This document shows positions 26,826 through 40,303 of a stretch of DNA of 64,000 nucleotides, in pieces. Both the position numbers and the translations under genes were made by a program. The notes below the pieces were generated by a model. It was not told the DNA's origin. It was given only the letters and a program-made list of their open reading frames with translations, and did not search any database. The DNA comes from the human T2T-CHM13v2.0 reference genome, Homo sapiens, in the NCBI RefSeq assembly GCF_009914755.1, contig NC_060935.1; one strand, 5' to 3'. Each line of letters starts with the position of its first letter. Position 1 is the stretch's first letter.

Positions 26826-28691
26826 CTATGAATTAAATCACAGATAGGAAAAAAAAAAACTCAGACTCTGAAAACACATGTTTTGAGTAATAATGTCTTT
26901 GTCATACATGATACCTTTGAGACTTAAATTTTAAAGGTACATAAGACTTTGGATTCTAGGAAGATCAAATAGATGTACTTTTCCCTAATCTTGCTGCTAA
27001 GTACAACCAAAAACTTTGGACATATACAGAAAACATACATAAGACTCTGGAAGCAGGAGAGGAGGCAGATCTGCTAGGGACCTCATAATACAAGGAATGA
27101 CACAGTGGTGAGTTCCCTGGATTTTTTTTGCTTCATATATCCCAGACTTTCAGCTGAAGAAGAGGGCAACAGGAAATGACAATGGATGCAGAGGGGGGAA
27201 AAACGCTACAATAAATAGCTCTTCTGTCTAGCTAAAGGACCAACAAAGAGGCAGCCTTGCAAGACAGAAAAGTTTTAGATGACAACTGCTACACTCCAGC
27301 CAAATATCATAGAAAAACTGCAGCCCCACCCACCTCTATGTCAACAAAGGCTGAGTGGGAGGCCTAGACCTGAGTAAGAAGACTTGTGAGGCTATAATGA
27401 GGTACCCCAACATTCCTGCTGGGGAGGTGTCAGAGAAGGCCAAGTAGGAAGCTGGGACCTTTATCCCCACCAGCTGGTAACAAGCCTCATCATTCTGTGA
27501 TACCAGTGGAGACCACGTGGAGTCAGAGATTCCACCCTTACCCAGTGGTAACAAGGAACCTCTGCTTTCAGGTATCAACAGATGCCAAGTGGGGAACCTG
27601 GACTTCAACTTCCACCTGATAGTAATGAGGTGGCACCCCCTTCCCCTGCCTAAGCAGTGCCACAGAAAGCCAGCTAAAACATAAAATTTAAATAAAATCC
27701 ATTCTCAGAACATAATATGAAAATGTCCAGGTTTTCACTGAAAATCATTCATTAAACCAAGAACCAGAAAGATCTCAAACTGAATGAAAAAAGGTAATCA
27801 ATAGATGTCAACACCAAGATGACAGATGTTAAAATTATCTGACAAAGAATTTTAAGTAGCCAGATAAATATGCTTCAACAAATAATTATGAACTCGCTTG
27901 AAACAATTTTTAAAATCGCCTCCTCAGCCAAGAAATAGAAGATATACAGAACAACAAAATGGAAATTTTAGAACTGAAAAATAAAATAACCAAAATAAAA
28001 AGCTCAGTAGATGGGCTCAGCACCAAAATGGAAAGAATAGAGGAAAGAATTAGTGAACCAGAAGACAGAGAAGTAGAAATTACCCACTCAGAAAAGCAGA
28101 AAAAAGAGAAAAAACTATGAACAGAGCCTCAGGGACATGCGGGACTATAACGAAAAACCTAACATTTGTATCATTGGAGTCCTGGAAGGAGATGATAGAA
28201 GAGGGCAAGACTGAAAGAATATTCAAAGAAATAATAGCTCAAAACTTCTCAAGTTTACTTAGAGACATACTCCTATATATTTCAAGAACCTGAGTGAACC
28301 CTAGACAGGATAAATCCAAAGAAATTCATACCCAGACATATAATTGAACTTCGAAAATGAAAGACAAAGAAAAAAATATTTAAAGCAGAGAAAAATGACA
28401 CCTTACCTATTTAAAAAAAACAATTAGAATGAAAGCAGATTTCATATCAAAAACCATGGAAGCAAGAAAGAAGTGACAATATTTTTCAGGTGCTGAAAGG
28501 GAAAAAAAAAACTGTCAACCTGGAATCCTACACCCAGCAAAAATATCCTTCAGGAATGAAGAAGAAATCGAGACATTCTCAGTTGAAGAAAAACTAAGAA
28601 TATCTGTCACAAGACCTGCCGTAAAAGAATGGTTAAAATAAATTATCTAAACAGATATGAAACAATGAAACAAGAAACCATGGAACACCAG

Positions 28692-29251
28692 TGTACTAGC
28701 CAGAGCTCTCCAGAGAGACGAAACCAACAGGGTATGTAAGAGGGGATTTATTAGGGGGAAATGGGTCACATGATCACAGAGGCAAAGTCCCACAATAGGC
28801 CGTCTGCAAGCTGGAGGATCAGAGAAGCTGGCAGCTTGGCTCAGTCAAAGTCTGGCAACACCTCAGAACCAGGGAAGCTGATGGTACAGCCCCTAGCTTG
28901 AGGCCAAAAGACTGAGAGCCACTGGGAGGCCACTGGTGCAAGTCCCAGAGTCCAAAAAATGAAGAACCCAGAGTCTGATGTCCAAGGGTAAGAGGAGAAA
29001 AGGCATCTTGCTTTAGAAGGAAGGGAGAGAACAGAGAGAAAGGGAATCCCCCATCTTCCACCTGTTTGGCCCAGTTGGGTCCCCAGCCAATGGGATGGTA
29101 CCTGCCCACATTGAGGGCAGGTCTTCCTGTCTTTGTCCACTGACTCACACATCAATTGTCTCTGGCAACACCCTCACACACTCAGAAACAACGCTTCACC
29201 AACCATCTAGGCATCCCTCAATCAAGTCAACACCTAAAATAAACCATCACA
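28692..29251 (-). mobile_element. MLT2 (HERV-L) solo LTR
   Basis: ...gtcccacaataggccgtctgcaagctgga...aaaccatcaca; 5-bp near-TSD accag/atcag. Confidence 0.8.
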
Positions 29252-29811
29252 ATCAGGAAGACAGAACAGGGCAAACAAAAACATGGATAAATACTGTAGG
29301 CTCTCTTTCTTTTCTTGAGTTTTCTATTATGTTTGAAGGCTGAAGCAAAAAATATAATATATCTGATGTGGCTCTAAACGTATATAGAGGAAATATTTAA
29401 GACAATTATAAATGAGGGAAGATAAAGAGGTATAAAGGGACGTAAAGTTTCTATACTTCGCCCTAACTGGTAAAATGATGACACCAATAGACTGTGATAA
29501 GTTACGTATATAGAATGTAGTAATTAGGGCAACCACTAAAAAGGCTATAAAAAGAAATGCACTTTAAAACATTACAGATAAACCAAAATAGGATTCTAAA
29601 AAAATGTTAACCTATGGGAAGGCAGGAAAAAGTAAAATGAAAGAAAAATCAAGAGAGAACAGGCAGAAAACAAAAATAAAACAGTAGACTTAACGCCCTA
29701 ACATACAAATAATTATACTAAATGTAAATGGTCTAAGTGTACCAATTAAAAGACAAAAATTGGCAGAGTGGATTAAAAATATGACTCAAATGCTATCTAT
29801 AAGAAACTCTT

Positions 29812-30094
29812 GGCCAGGCGTGGTGGCTCAGGCTTGTAATCCCACCACTTTGCAAGGCCACGGCAGGTGGATAGCTTGAGCCCAAACGTTTAAGACCAGG
29901 CTGGGCAACATGGTAAAATCTCTTCTCTACAAAAAAATATAAAAATTAGCCAGGCATGGTGGCACTTGCCTGTAGCAGCAGCTACTCAGGAGGCTGAGGC
30001 GGGAAGATTGCTTAAGCCTGGGAAGTAAAGGCTGCGGTGAGCCGAGATTGCACCACTGCACTCCAGCCTGGGTGACAGAGCGAGACCCTGTCTC

Positions 30095-30129
<35 letters not shown>
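29812..30129 (+). mobile_element. AluJ with (CAA)n tail
   Basis: Forward Alu; tail converted to about 12 CAA units at 30094-30129. Confidence 0.85.
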
Positions 30130-32162
30130 ATCTCCCTTCAAATATAAGACATAAGGCAGGTTGAAAGTAAAAGAATGAAAAAAGATATATTATGCAAACA
30201 TTAATCAGAGGAAAGTAAGAGTGGCTAAATTAATAATAGATAAAGTAAACTTCACTGGCAAAGAAAATTACCAGAGACAGAGAGGGACATTAATAATGAA
30301 AGATTTTATCCACCAGGAAGATGTCCTAAATGTGTATGTACCCAACAACAGAATTGGAAAATATGTGAAGCAAAAACTATCAGAACTGTAAGAAGAAACA
30401 GACCAAATGACAAATACAGCTGAGGACTTCAACACTCCTCTTTCAACAACTGACATAACTAAACAGATATTCAACAAGGATATAGAAGGAACTAACAATA
30501 CCATCAATCAATTAAATTAATATTCATGAAACAATACCCAGTAACAGCAGAATACAAATTCATTTCAAGTGTCCACTGAACACATACCCAGACATATCAT
30601 ATTCTGGGCCATAAAACAAACTTCATCAAATTCAAAAGAAGTGAAGTAATGAAGAGTGTGTTCTATGTGACCACAATGGAATCAAACTAGAAAGCAATAG
30701 CAGAAAGGTAACAGAAAAATATCTGAACACTTATAAACTTAAACAGTACACTTCTAAATAATCCATATGTCAAATGGGAAGTCTCAGGGATATTTTAAAA
30801 ATTACACTGAATAAGTGAAAATGAAAACACACCATATCAACATTTGTGGTACACAGCCTAGCAAGTGGTGAGATGAAATTTTATAGTATTAAATGCATAT
30901 ACTAGAAAAGAGGAAAAGTCTCAAATCAATAATCTAAGCTCCCACCTCAAGAACCTATAAACAGGAAAGCATAATAAACCCAAAGGAAGCAGTGGAAGTA
31001 ACAATGATAAGAGCAGAAACCAATGAAATTGAAAATAGAGAAATCGATGAAAGAAACAGCTGGTTCTTTGACAATGTCAATAAAAATCGACAAACCTTTA
31101 GCAAGACAGACAAAGTTAAGAGGGGAGACACAAATTATCAGTATTAGGAATGAAATAGAGGATATTATCACAGATCCTGCAGACATCAAAAGGATAATGG
31201 GAACTTAATGAAAAATTCTATAAACATAAATTTGATAATTTAAATAAAATGGGCCAATTCCTCAAATAACACAAACTACTTCCACTCCCCTAATATGAAA
31301 TTGATCATCTGAATAGTCCTATGACTATTAAGAAAATTAAATTCACAATTTTAAGGCTCCTAAAAAAGTCTCTAGACCCAGATAGTTTAACTGGAGAATT
31401 CTAGCAAACATTTAAAAAAAGAATGAACTGATTCTACACAATCTCCACTAGAAAAACAGAAGATGATGGAGTACTCTCTAAATGATTTTATATAGCTACA
31501 AAGCTAGTATTACCCTGATACCAAAACCGCACAAAATTGTACAGAAAAATGAGAAAACTACAGACCAATATCCCTCATAAAAATAGATGCGAAAATTCTT
31601 AGAAAATAATGGCAAATAGAGATCAGTTATATATATGTATAATATTTTATTAGCAAATAGAGACATATAATTATATATAATTATACAATATGACCAGGTG
31701 GGATTTATTCCACAGATGCAAGGCTGGTTCAGTATTTGCAAATCTATGTAATCCATCACATTAACAAAGAAAATCACAAGATATAAATCAATGCAGAGAA
31801 AGCATTTGATAAAATTAAACATCCATTATTGATAAAAGCCCTGAGAAAAATAGGAATAGAAGAGAACTTCCTTATCTTGATAAACAGTATCTACAAAAAA
31901 CCTACAGTGAACATTATACTTAATGGTGAAAGACTGAATGCTTTGCCCCCAAAACTGAGAACAAGGCAAGATATCTGCTTTCTCCACTCTGAATCAACAC
32001 AGTGCTGAAAATTCTAGCCACTAAAATAAGGCAAGGAAAGGAAATAAAATGTGTGCAGATCAGAAAGGAAGAAATAAAACTGTCTCTATTTGTAAATAAC
32101 ATGATTTTCCATGTAGAACATTCCAAGAAATATACCAAAAACTCCTAGAAACAATGAGTTTA

Positions 32163-32628
<466 letters not shown>

Positions 32629-33037
32629 CATTTGCAATTGCTCAAAAAATGAAATACAGGATGTGCATGCTGAAAACTACACAGTACAACACTGTTGGAC
32701 AATCATTACATGGAATACCACTCAGCAATAAAAAGGAAAGAACTATTGATACACACAACATGGATGAAAATTAGGCTGAGTGAAAAAAGTCAATCTCAGA
32801 AGGTTACTTACTGTATTATTCCATTTATACGGCATTCTTGAAATGACAAAATTAGAGAAATGAATAACGCCAAAGGTTAAGGAGAGTGTGGCTATTCATG
32901 AGGAATCTTTGTGGTGGTGGAAATGTTTTGTATTTTGACTGTCAATATCAATACTTTTGACATTAGGTATTGACATCCATTTATCCTTTACCCAATTTCC
33001 CCTATGCAGAACCATACATAATAGTAAGTATGCTATA

Positions 33038-33784
33038 TATGTATACTACATACTATGTATATCATATAGTATGTATACTACATACTATGTATATCATATA
33101 GTATGTATACTACATACTATGTATATCATATAGTATGTATACTACATACTATGTATATCATATAGTATGTATACTACATACTATGTATATCATATAGTAT
33201 GTATACTACATACTATGTATATCATATAGTATGTATACTACATACTATGTATATCATATAGTATGTATACTACATACTATGTATATCATATAGTATGTAT
33301 ACTACATACTATGTATATCATATAGTATGTATACTACATACTATGTATATCATATAGTATGTATACTACATACTATGTATATCATATAGTATGTATACTA
33401 CATACTATGTATATCATATAGTATGTATACTACATACTATGTATATCATATAGTATGTATACTACATACTATGTATATCATATAGTATGTATACTACATA
33501 CTATGTATATCATATAGTATGTATACTACATACTATGTATATCATATAGTATGTATACTACATACTATGTATATCATATAGTATGTATACTACATACTAT
33601 GTATATCATATAGTATGTATACTACATACTATGTATATCATATAGTATGTATACTACATACTATGTATATCATATAGTATGTATACTACATACTATGTAT
33701 ATCATATAGTATGTATACTACATACTATGTATATCATATAGTATGTATACTACATACTATGTATATCATATAGTATGTATACTA
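33038..33784. repeat. AT-rich minisatellite, 32-bp unit GTATACTACATACTATGTATATCATATAGTAT x ~23
   Basis: Units appear identical throughout; 25 of 32 bases are A/T. Confidence 0.97.
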
Positions 33785-34863
33785 TATATTATATACATAC
33801 TATACATAATAGTATATATACTATATTATGTATAGTTCCGCAGAATCCTGCAGAACTGAGGGAAACTGAGTAAAGGATAAATGGGATCTCTCTATATTAT
33901 TTCTTACAACTACATATGGATTTATAATTATCTCATAATAAAAAGTCTAAGTATTTTTTTAAAAAAAGAAAAGAAAGTACACAGGACAGTAGCAATGAAA
34001 ATCAATGAACTACTGCTACATAATGGTGAGCAAAAGAAGCCAGGCATAAAAAAAAAGTATATGCTGTATTATTCCATTTATGTTAAGTTCAAACATGGGC
34101 AATATTAAATGAATTGTATCAGAAGCAAACATAGAGGTTACCATTGGGGAAGAAAGTGAGGAAGCAAAGAAAGGGCGAAAGGGGGACTTCTGGGGTACTG
34201 GTAACATTTCATTTTTTGACTTTGGTGGTGGTTACATTGGTGTGTAATAAATCATTTAACTGTAAATGTATGGTTTATGCACTTTTCTGTATGTATACTA
34301 CACACTAATCTTTTAAAGTTTTTAAAAGAAAAGAGTGCATAAGACCAACAGGTATAGGGGCGGGGGTAGGTACAGAGCAGCCAAAATGAAGGTGAAAAGG
34401 CACTGGGTTGGGAGCTGAGAGCCCTAGATTGCCAGTCCCAGCTCTGTTACTTCATTTATTAATTCATTTAACAGCTATTTACTGAGCACGTGCTGTGTGC
34501 CAGGTATTATTGTTCTACTTGTTGGGCATTAACACTTGTGAACAAAAGAGTAGATCCCCTTAGGAGTGGAGAATGCTAATGAACACTGAGAAGGCAATTA
34601 AAAAATAAATAAGTAAAACAAAACAGAGACTATTACATGGACCGATGATGATGATGTGCCATAAATTGAGGAGAGTAACTCAACCCTCTTCACCTGGTGT
34701 TTTAAAAAAAAAAAAAAAAGAGAGGAAGAAAGGAAAGGTCCCTGATGGATCTTACATTCTTATGAGACAGACGGACAACGGGCAAATAGCTAGCGACAAG
34801 TTCTACGAAGGAAAATAAAGCTGCCCTTTCTCCTACAGGGCAAATCATAAGTTAAATAATTCC

Positions 34864-35156
34864 GGCCAGGCGCGGTGGCTCACGCCTGTAATCCCAACAC
34901 TTTGGAAGGCGGAGGCGAGTGGATCACGCGGTCAGGAGTTCAAGACCAGCCTGGCCAAGATGTTGAAACCCCGTCTCTACTAAAAATACATAAATTTGCC
35001 AGGCTTGGTGGCGGGCGCCTGTAATCCCAGCTACTCGGAAGGCTGAGGCATAGAATTGCTTGAACTCGGGGGGCGGAGGTTGCAGTGAGCCGAGATTGCG
35101 CCACTGCTCTCCAGCCTGGACAACAGAGCTAGACTCCGTCTCAAATAATAATAATA
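34864..35156 (+). mobile_element. AluSg-like element
   Basis: Forward Alu with ggatcacgcggtcaggagttc; (AAT)n tail. Confidence 0.87.
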
Positions 35157-35649
35157 CTTCATTTGAGCTTTACAAAGCCCTATGAAGTAGGTCCCTTTCA
35201 ACCTCACAACTTTTCAAATGATTATCAGGAGTATGTCCTGCCCCTTTCGCAGGTCAAAGAGAGTAGGGAAAATCTGGACCTCAAGGGAACATTGAACGCA
35301 CAGGTCATTCGGAGGGCTGGGCAGACGCAGTAGGAGATAATTTCTTAATTGTGCAATGCAGGAGGGGCTACGGGATGAAATGGGGAACTGACAACGTGGG
35401 TCTAGCAATTACCACTTCAATGCACCAATACCGAAAACCAATCCCAAAGACTAATAGCAGGAGGTTGTACTGCGCCTTCATGCCCATTATTTTATTTTTT
35501 TTTATCTTACGTTCCTGTCAAAACGATATTTTGTTCTTACTTTTTAAAAGCTCAGAAAGACGCAACGATTTGCCTGGGATCACACAGAGAACAAGCAGCA
35601 GAGTTGTGGCTCCAAACCAGGGTCAATTTGTTCCCAATTCCTGCTCCGT

Positions 35650-36150
35650 CTAAAGTCTCGGAGACAAAGGGCCACCTCACGCTGTCCCCACCCCTTCGAC
35701 TTACCTTGAGCAGGCTCTGGAGTGCTGCAAAATGCTCCGCTGTCAGGGCAGCCATCTTGCCGAAGTCACATGACCGTGGCACCCAGGGAAGCGAGGTCAC
35801 GTGGCTTTCGCTGTTGTCGCGGGGCCTGCCGGGGGCTGTAGTCCTTCAGAGTGGGGGAAGGCGTTTCGGTTGTGGTGCTGCGGCAGTGAGCGCGGATCAA
35901 GACGGACGCGGCGGCTGGATGACTAAACCCCGAGACTCTAGAACCAAAGGACTAGGGGGACCAGGGCGGAGGATGGTTTACTCGGGGAGGAAATTGGCTT
36001 GACTTGTCTACTTACCAAGTCAGGGAAACAGGTTTTCCCTTGACCCATGTGGGTGGGCTGGCGCACTTGGGGAATGCACCTGCAAGCTTGGCAGGCGCCT
36101 TGGAAACGTAGTTGTTCAGGAGTGATCGGCGTACCAGTGTTTGGAATGAA
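35650..36150. promoter_or_regulatory. CpG-rich COMMD9 promoter / TSS region
   Basis: Local CpG and GC enrichment around exon 1; E-boxes GTCACATGAC (35765-35774) and GGTCACGTGG (35795-35804); ZNF143-like GGACTACAGCCCCCGGCAGGC (minus, 35824-35844); YY1-like AAGATGGC over the ATG. Confidence 0.8.
35705..35755 (-). CDS. COMMD9: COMMD9 coding exon 1 (MAALTAEHFAALQSLLK)
   Basis: ATG at 35755-35753 in AAGATGG context; 51 nt = 17 codons; followed by donor GTAAGT; matches the recalled N-terminus of COMM domain-containing protein 9. Confidence 0.97.
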
Positions 36151-37177
36151 AATGAGGCTGTGCATATCGGGCTTCTTGGAATTGACACACACACATGCAC
36201 ACATCCTGTCTTGAATGTAAAATTACTTCTGCGTATATAGTTTTTCAGCCTATGTAGTAGGTTGGAGCTGGTATTATTAGTATTATCCAGATTGGGAAAT
36301 AATCATTTAGGGTTTTTAGTAACTTTCCCATAGTCATAGAGAAGATCTGATTACAAGAGCAGGTGAGGAAGTGTTTGGGAGAGGGGACAAGAGAGGAATG
36401 GAATGAAAGCTACTACCTAGCTAGGTTCTTGTTATACGGGGGTGAGATGGGGGAGGAGGTTAATGGAAATGATTTAGTTCATTTATTCAAAAAGGTAATT
36501 ATAATGAATATAATTGTAAAGAGTGATTTTGCACTGGCAGTACTGGACTCTGATTTGCCCTGTTCTCAGAGACCGTACATCAAAACAGACATTTCCTTTA
36601 TCTACCTTTAGTATTTGGGTGGCTCTTTTCTTTTCCTACCCTCCACTTTTTTTTAAGCAAATTCCAGCTCAAAAAATGGGTTCTGATATATTCGAGCTTA
36701 AGAAAGAATGCCCATTTGTGAAATTCCAGAAATTGGTAAGCTGCTAAGGACATTTGTTCCTTTGTCTCCTCTCCTCCCCCTTCCCCTTCCCCGACTCCAT
36801 TTTCTGTGGGGATGTTGTCAAGGCCCAGGAAAACAAAAATGAAATTGTCTAAGGAGGAACCCATTCCTGGATTAGAAGATTTTAGAACCATTTTGTCACA
36901 GGGTCCTGATTCTAGCTCTCTTTCTTGGCCTCTCTTTTCCATGAACCCTCATGGCCTGATTCCTGGTTTCTGTTATAACTCAATGTAGGTTCTAGGTTTA
37001 ACTCCTGCCTGTATCTATAGGGCTGGGCCCATTGTCTTGGGTTAATTGAATATTTGTTAAATAAACAACCACCCAAAAAAGTGATTAGACTAAGATGAAA
37101 TTTTGTGACTTATTTGAGGATATTGCCTTGGTATTTGCAGGATTGTGCCTTCTTGTCTTACTTTAGAGTAATGAGGA

Positions 37178-37746
37178 GTGTGGTCACCAGCCTTCAAGAT
37201 GGCCCTCAATGATCCCAGCCTCCTGGTGTTCACAACCTAGTGTAGACACCTCCCACCATGTACCAGGATTGGTATGCATGACCAATAGCAAATGGTGGGT
37301 GTGAATGGCATATCACTTCTGAGATTAGGTTATACAAGACTGCACCAAAAAACTAACAAAAAGACTGAAGTTCCTGTCTCCTGGCTTGGGTGCTCTCTCA
37401 TGTGCCCTGCTCTCTTTCACTTGAATCCTTTGCTCTGGGGAAAGCAAACTGCCATGTTGTAAACAGTCCTACAGAGAGGCCTAGGTGACAAGGAACTGAA
37501 GCATCTGGCCAACAACTTCATTACTGACCTGAGAAGCAGATTGTCTAGGCCCAGTAGAGCCTTAAGAAGGCAGGAGTCTTGGCCAACAGCTTAACTGCAA
37601 CCTCATGAGAGATTCTGAGCCAGCACCACCCAGCGAAGCCACGCCTGGATTTCTGGCCTTCAAACACTATTAAGATTATCAATGTTTGTTGTTTTAAGCT
37701 ATGAAGCTTTGAAGTAATTTGTTATACAGCAATAGTAACTAATGCA
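37178..37746 (+). mobile_element. MLT1E/F-type LTR
   Basis: tgtggtcaccagccttcaagatggccctcaatgatccc...gtaatttgttatacagcaatagtaactaatgca. Confidence 0.7.
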
Positions 37747-38229
37747 TGGTGGCAGCAAAGCATAGGGGTTTTAGAATTCAACCTGAGTTGGAATCCTAAT
37801 TCTACACATTATTAACTTTTCCGTGTACAAATTCTTGAACTTCTCTGGGCCTCAGTTTCCACCTCTGTAAAATGGTGTTCATCACACCCATCTAGTTCAG
37901 AGAGCAGAGCTGAGCGACAGGAGCTGCTTCAGTGGGAGGATTCCCAGCTCTCCTTACTCTCGCGGGCTGGTATGATATGAATGGCACCATGTCATCCCAT
38001 TTTGGTAGGGCTGCCCAGATTGCCAATGCCATGTTGCATGTAAAGGTTTGTCTGTGGTCTGCAGAATGTCCAGCAATTTCTAAACCATAAACATTTTCAT
38101 GGGTGGGAACAAAACAGAATGTCGGAGTTCATTTCTGTGATTTGGTCCCATTGCCTGGTTTTCATTAGGCCAAACCTAATTTCTTTCCAATTCTGAATAT
38201 AGGAATCAGTGCTGACTTTCATTTATTTA

Positions 38230-38520
38230 ATAAACTTGTTATGTGCCCGGCTCTGTTCTAAGCCCTTACATTTACTGATTAATTTACTTCCCATTCCTAT
38301 CCTATGATATTATATATATACGTATGTATATACATACACACACATATGTACACACACACATAAGTACATATACATATATAAGCACACACACTGTATTGTT
38401 TCCATTTTACATATGGAGAAACAGACATAGGCAGATTAAGTAGTCTGAGGTCACACAGCTAAGTAGTGGCAAAGCCCAGATTCAAATATGGCCAGTCTGG
38501 CTCCAGATTCTGCACTGTTA
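38230..38520 (-). mobile_element. MIR containing a (TA/CA)n low-complexity tract
   Basis: ccattttacatatggagaaacaga...ggtcacacagctaagtagtggcaaagcccagattcaaa. Confidence 0.6.
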
Positions 38521-39199
38521 ACCGCCAAGCTGTACATGTCTCCTTGTTGTCCCACAGCTGTAAATTTGTGTTTCTTCTCTTTGCATGTCTGACTACCTTC
38601 CTCAGGCAGCAAGAACAATCTAAGAGTGTTCCTGTACAATCAGTCTGGTGATGGTGAGAAACAATATAATGAGTGAGTGGAAGGGCTACCTTGGGCTTTG
38701 GGAAAAGACCTAGGTTCAGTTTCCAACTCCTGTGTACTGTTAGCAAATTACTTCCCCTCTTGGAACCTCAATTTCATCATCCGTAAAATGGGAACAATAA
38801 TAAAAATACCTTTTGGCCATTAGGGGGAGCTCAAGGATGACTTATACCCCAAAAGGGGAAGGATTGCTTATGTGGATTCTCAGTTCTAGTCATTGGCAAC
38901 GCTAAAGGGCAGAGCTTTCCCCTGTTGTGGGCAAGGGTTTGCACGAGGGGGACTGGCCATCCCAGTTTTCCCAGGGATGAGGGGTTTCCTTGGATGCAGG
39001 ACTTTCAGGGCTAGCGCTGGGACAGTTCTGGACAAACCAGGCCAGTTAGTCACCCAAGTTTGAGCCCTGAGCCTTGGGGGAAACCAGCCTTTTGGAACAC
39101 TTGCCCTGATTTCTCCAGTGGGGCAGATATGAAGCAAGGGATATGGACACAGAATTTATTAGTAGAAAATGATTAAGGGCAGCAATCTTAGTATTGAGG

Positions 39200-39975
39200 G
39201 TTTTTTTATAGTAGCTTTATTGAAATAGAATTAACATTCACATACCATACAATTTATCCATTTGAAGTGTAAAATTCGATGAATTTTAGTATACTCACAG
39301 AGTTGTCCAACTATCACCACAATTAATTTTAGAACATGTTCATCATCCCCAAAAGAAACAGCATATCCTTTAGCTATCAACACCCACCTCTGCCCCCAAT
39401 TCTCCCCATCACACCCAGCCCTAGGCAATCGCTAATCTGCTTTCTGTCTCTATGGTTTTGCCTTCTGGACATTTCCCATGAATTGGATCATATGATACGG
39501 TTTCTCCTCTTATACTAAGTAAAGGAAACGAGTACAAAAGACCACATATCATATGTTTTGTACTCGTTTCCTCTACTTAGCATAAGAGGAGAAACTTCTT
39601 CAAGGTTCGTTCATGTTATAGCCTGTATCGGTACTTCATTCGTTTTTTGCTGAATAATATTTTTTTGTACAGATATACCATAGTTTGTTCATTCATCAGT
39701 TGTAGACATTTGAGTTGTTTCTACTTTTTAGCTGTTGTGAGTAATGCTGCCATGAGCAATCATGTACAAAGTTTTTGTGTGAACATGTGTTTCATTTCTC
39801 TTGGAGTATACACTGAAGAGTGGAATAGTGGAGTTTCTGGGCCATATGATTACTCTGTGTTTAACCTTTTGAGGAAGTGTAAGACCATTTTCCAAAGTGA
39901 CTGCACCATTTTACAGTCCCCAGAAGCAATGTATAAGGGTTTCAATTTCTCCACATCTGCACCAACATTTGTTTA
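39200..39975 (-). mobile_element. L1M (L1MB-like) 3' end
   Basis: gctttattgaaatag...tttccaaagtgactgcaccattttacagtccc. Confidence 0.75.
39500..39595. repeat. Inverted repeat: 40-bp arms with 2 mismatches, 16-nt loop
   Basis: 39500-39539 is the reverse complement of 39556-39595 at 38/40 positions. Confidence 0.93.
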
Positions 39976-39985
39976 AAAAAAAAAA

Positions 39986-40303
39986 GAGACAGAGAGATGG
40001 GGGTCTCTGCTCTTTTACCCAGGCTGGAGTACAGTGGTGTAATCATGGCTCACTGTAGCCTCAAACTCCTGGGCTCAACTGATCTTCCCACTTCAGCCTC
40101 CTGAGTAGCTGGGACTACAAGCATGCACAACCATACCCAGCTAATTTGATTTTATTTGTTTTAGAGACAAAAAATATGTTTTGTCTCTAAAACATATGTT
40201 TGCTATGTTGCTCAGGCTGGTCTCAAACTCCTGGCCTCAAACGATCCTCCTGCCTCAGCCTTCTGAGTAGCTGGGATTACAGATGGGAGCCACTGCATCT
40301 GGC
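39986..40303 (-). mobile_element. AluJ with an internal hairpin rearrangement
   Basis: Reverse Alu with J-type features. Confidence 0.8.

Noticed and set aside
30268-32138. ORFs with L1 ORF2-like peptides
   Set aside because: Fragmented remnants of an ancient L1M with many stops and frameshifts; not an active element or host gene
33038-33784. Regular ~32-bp palindromic repeats superficially like a CRISPR array
   Set aside because: No spacers, no cas genes, eukaryotic intron; it is a tandem minisatellite
35604-36002. 132-aa plus-strand ORF antisense to COMMD9 exon 1
   Set aside because: Non-ATG start in CpG-rich promoter sequence with few stops; no supporting evidence
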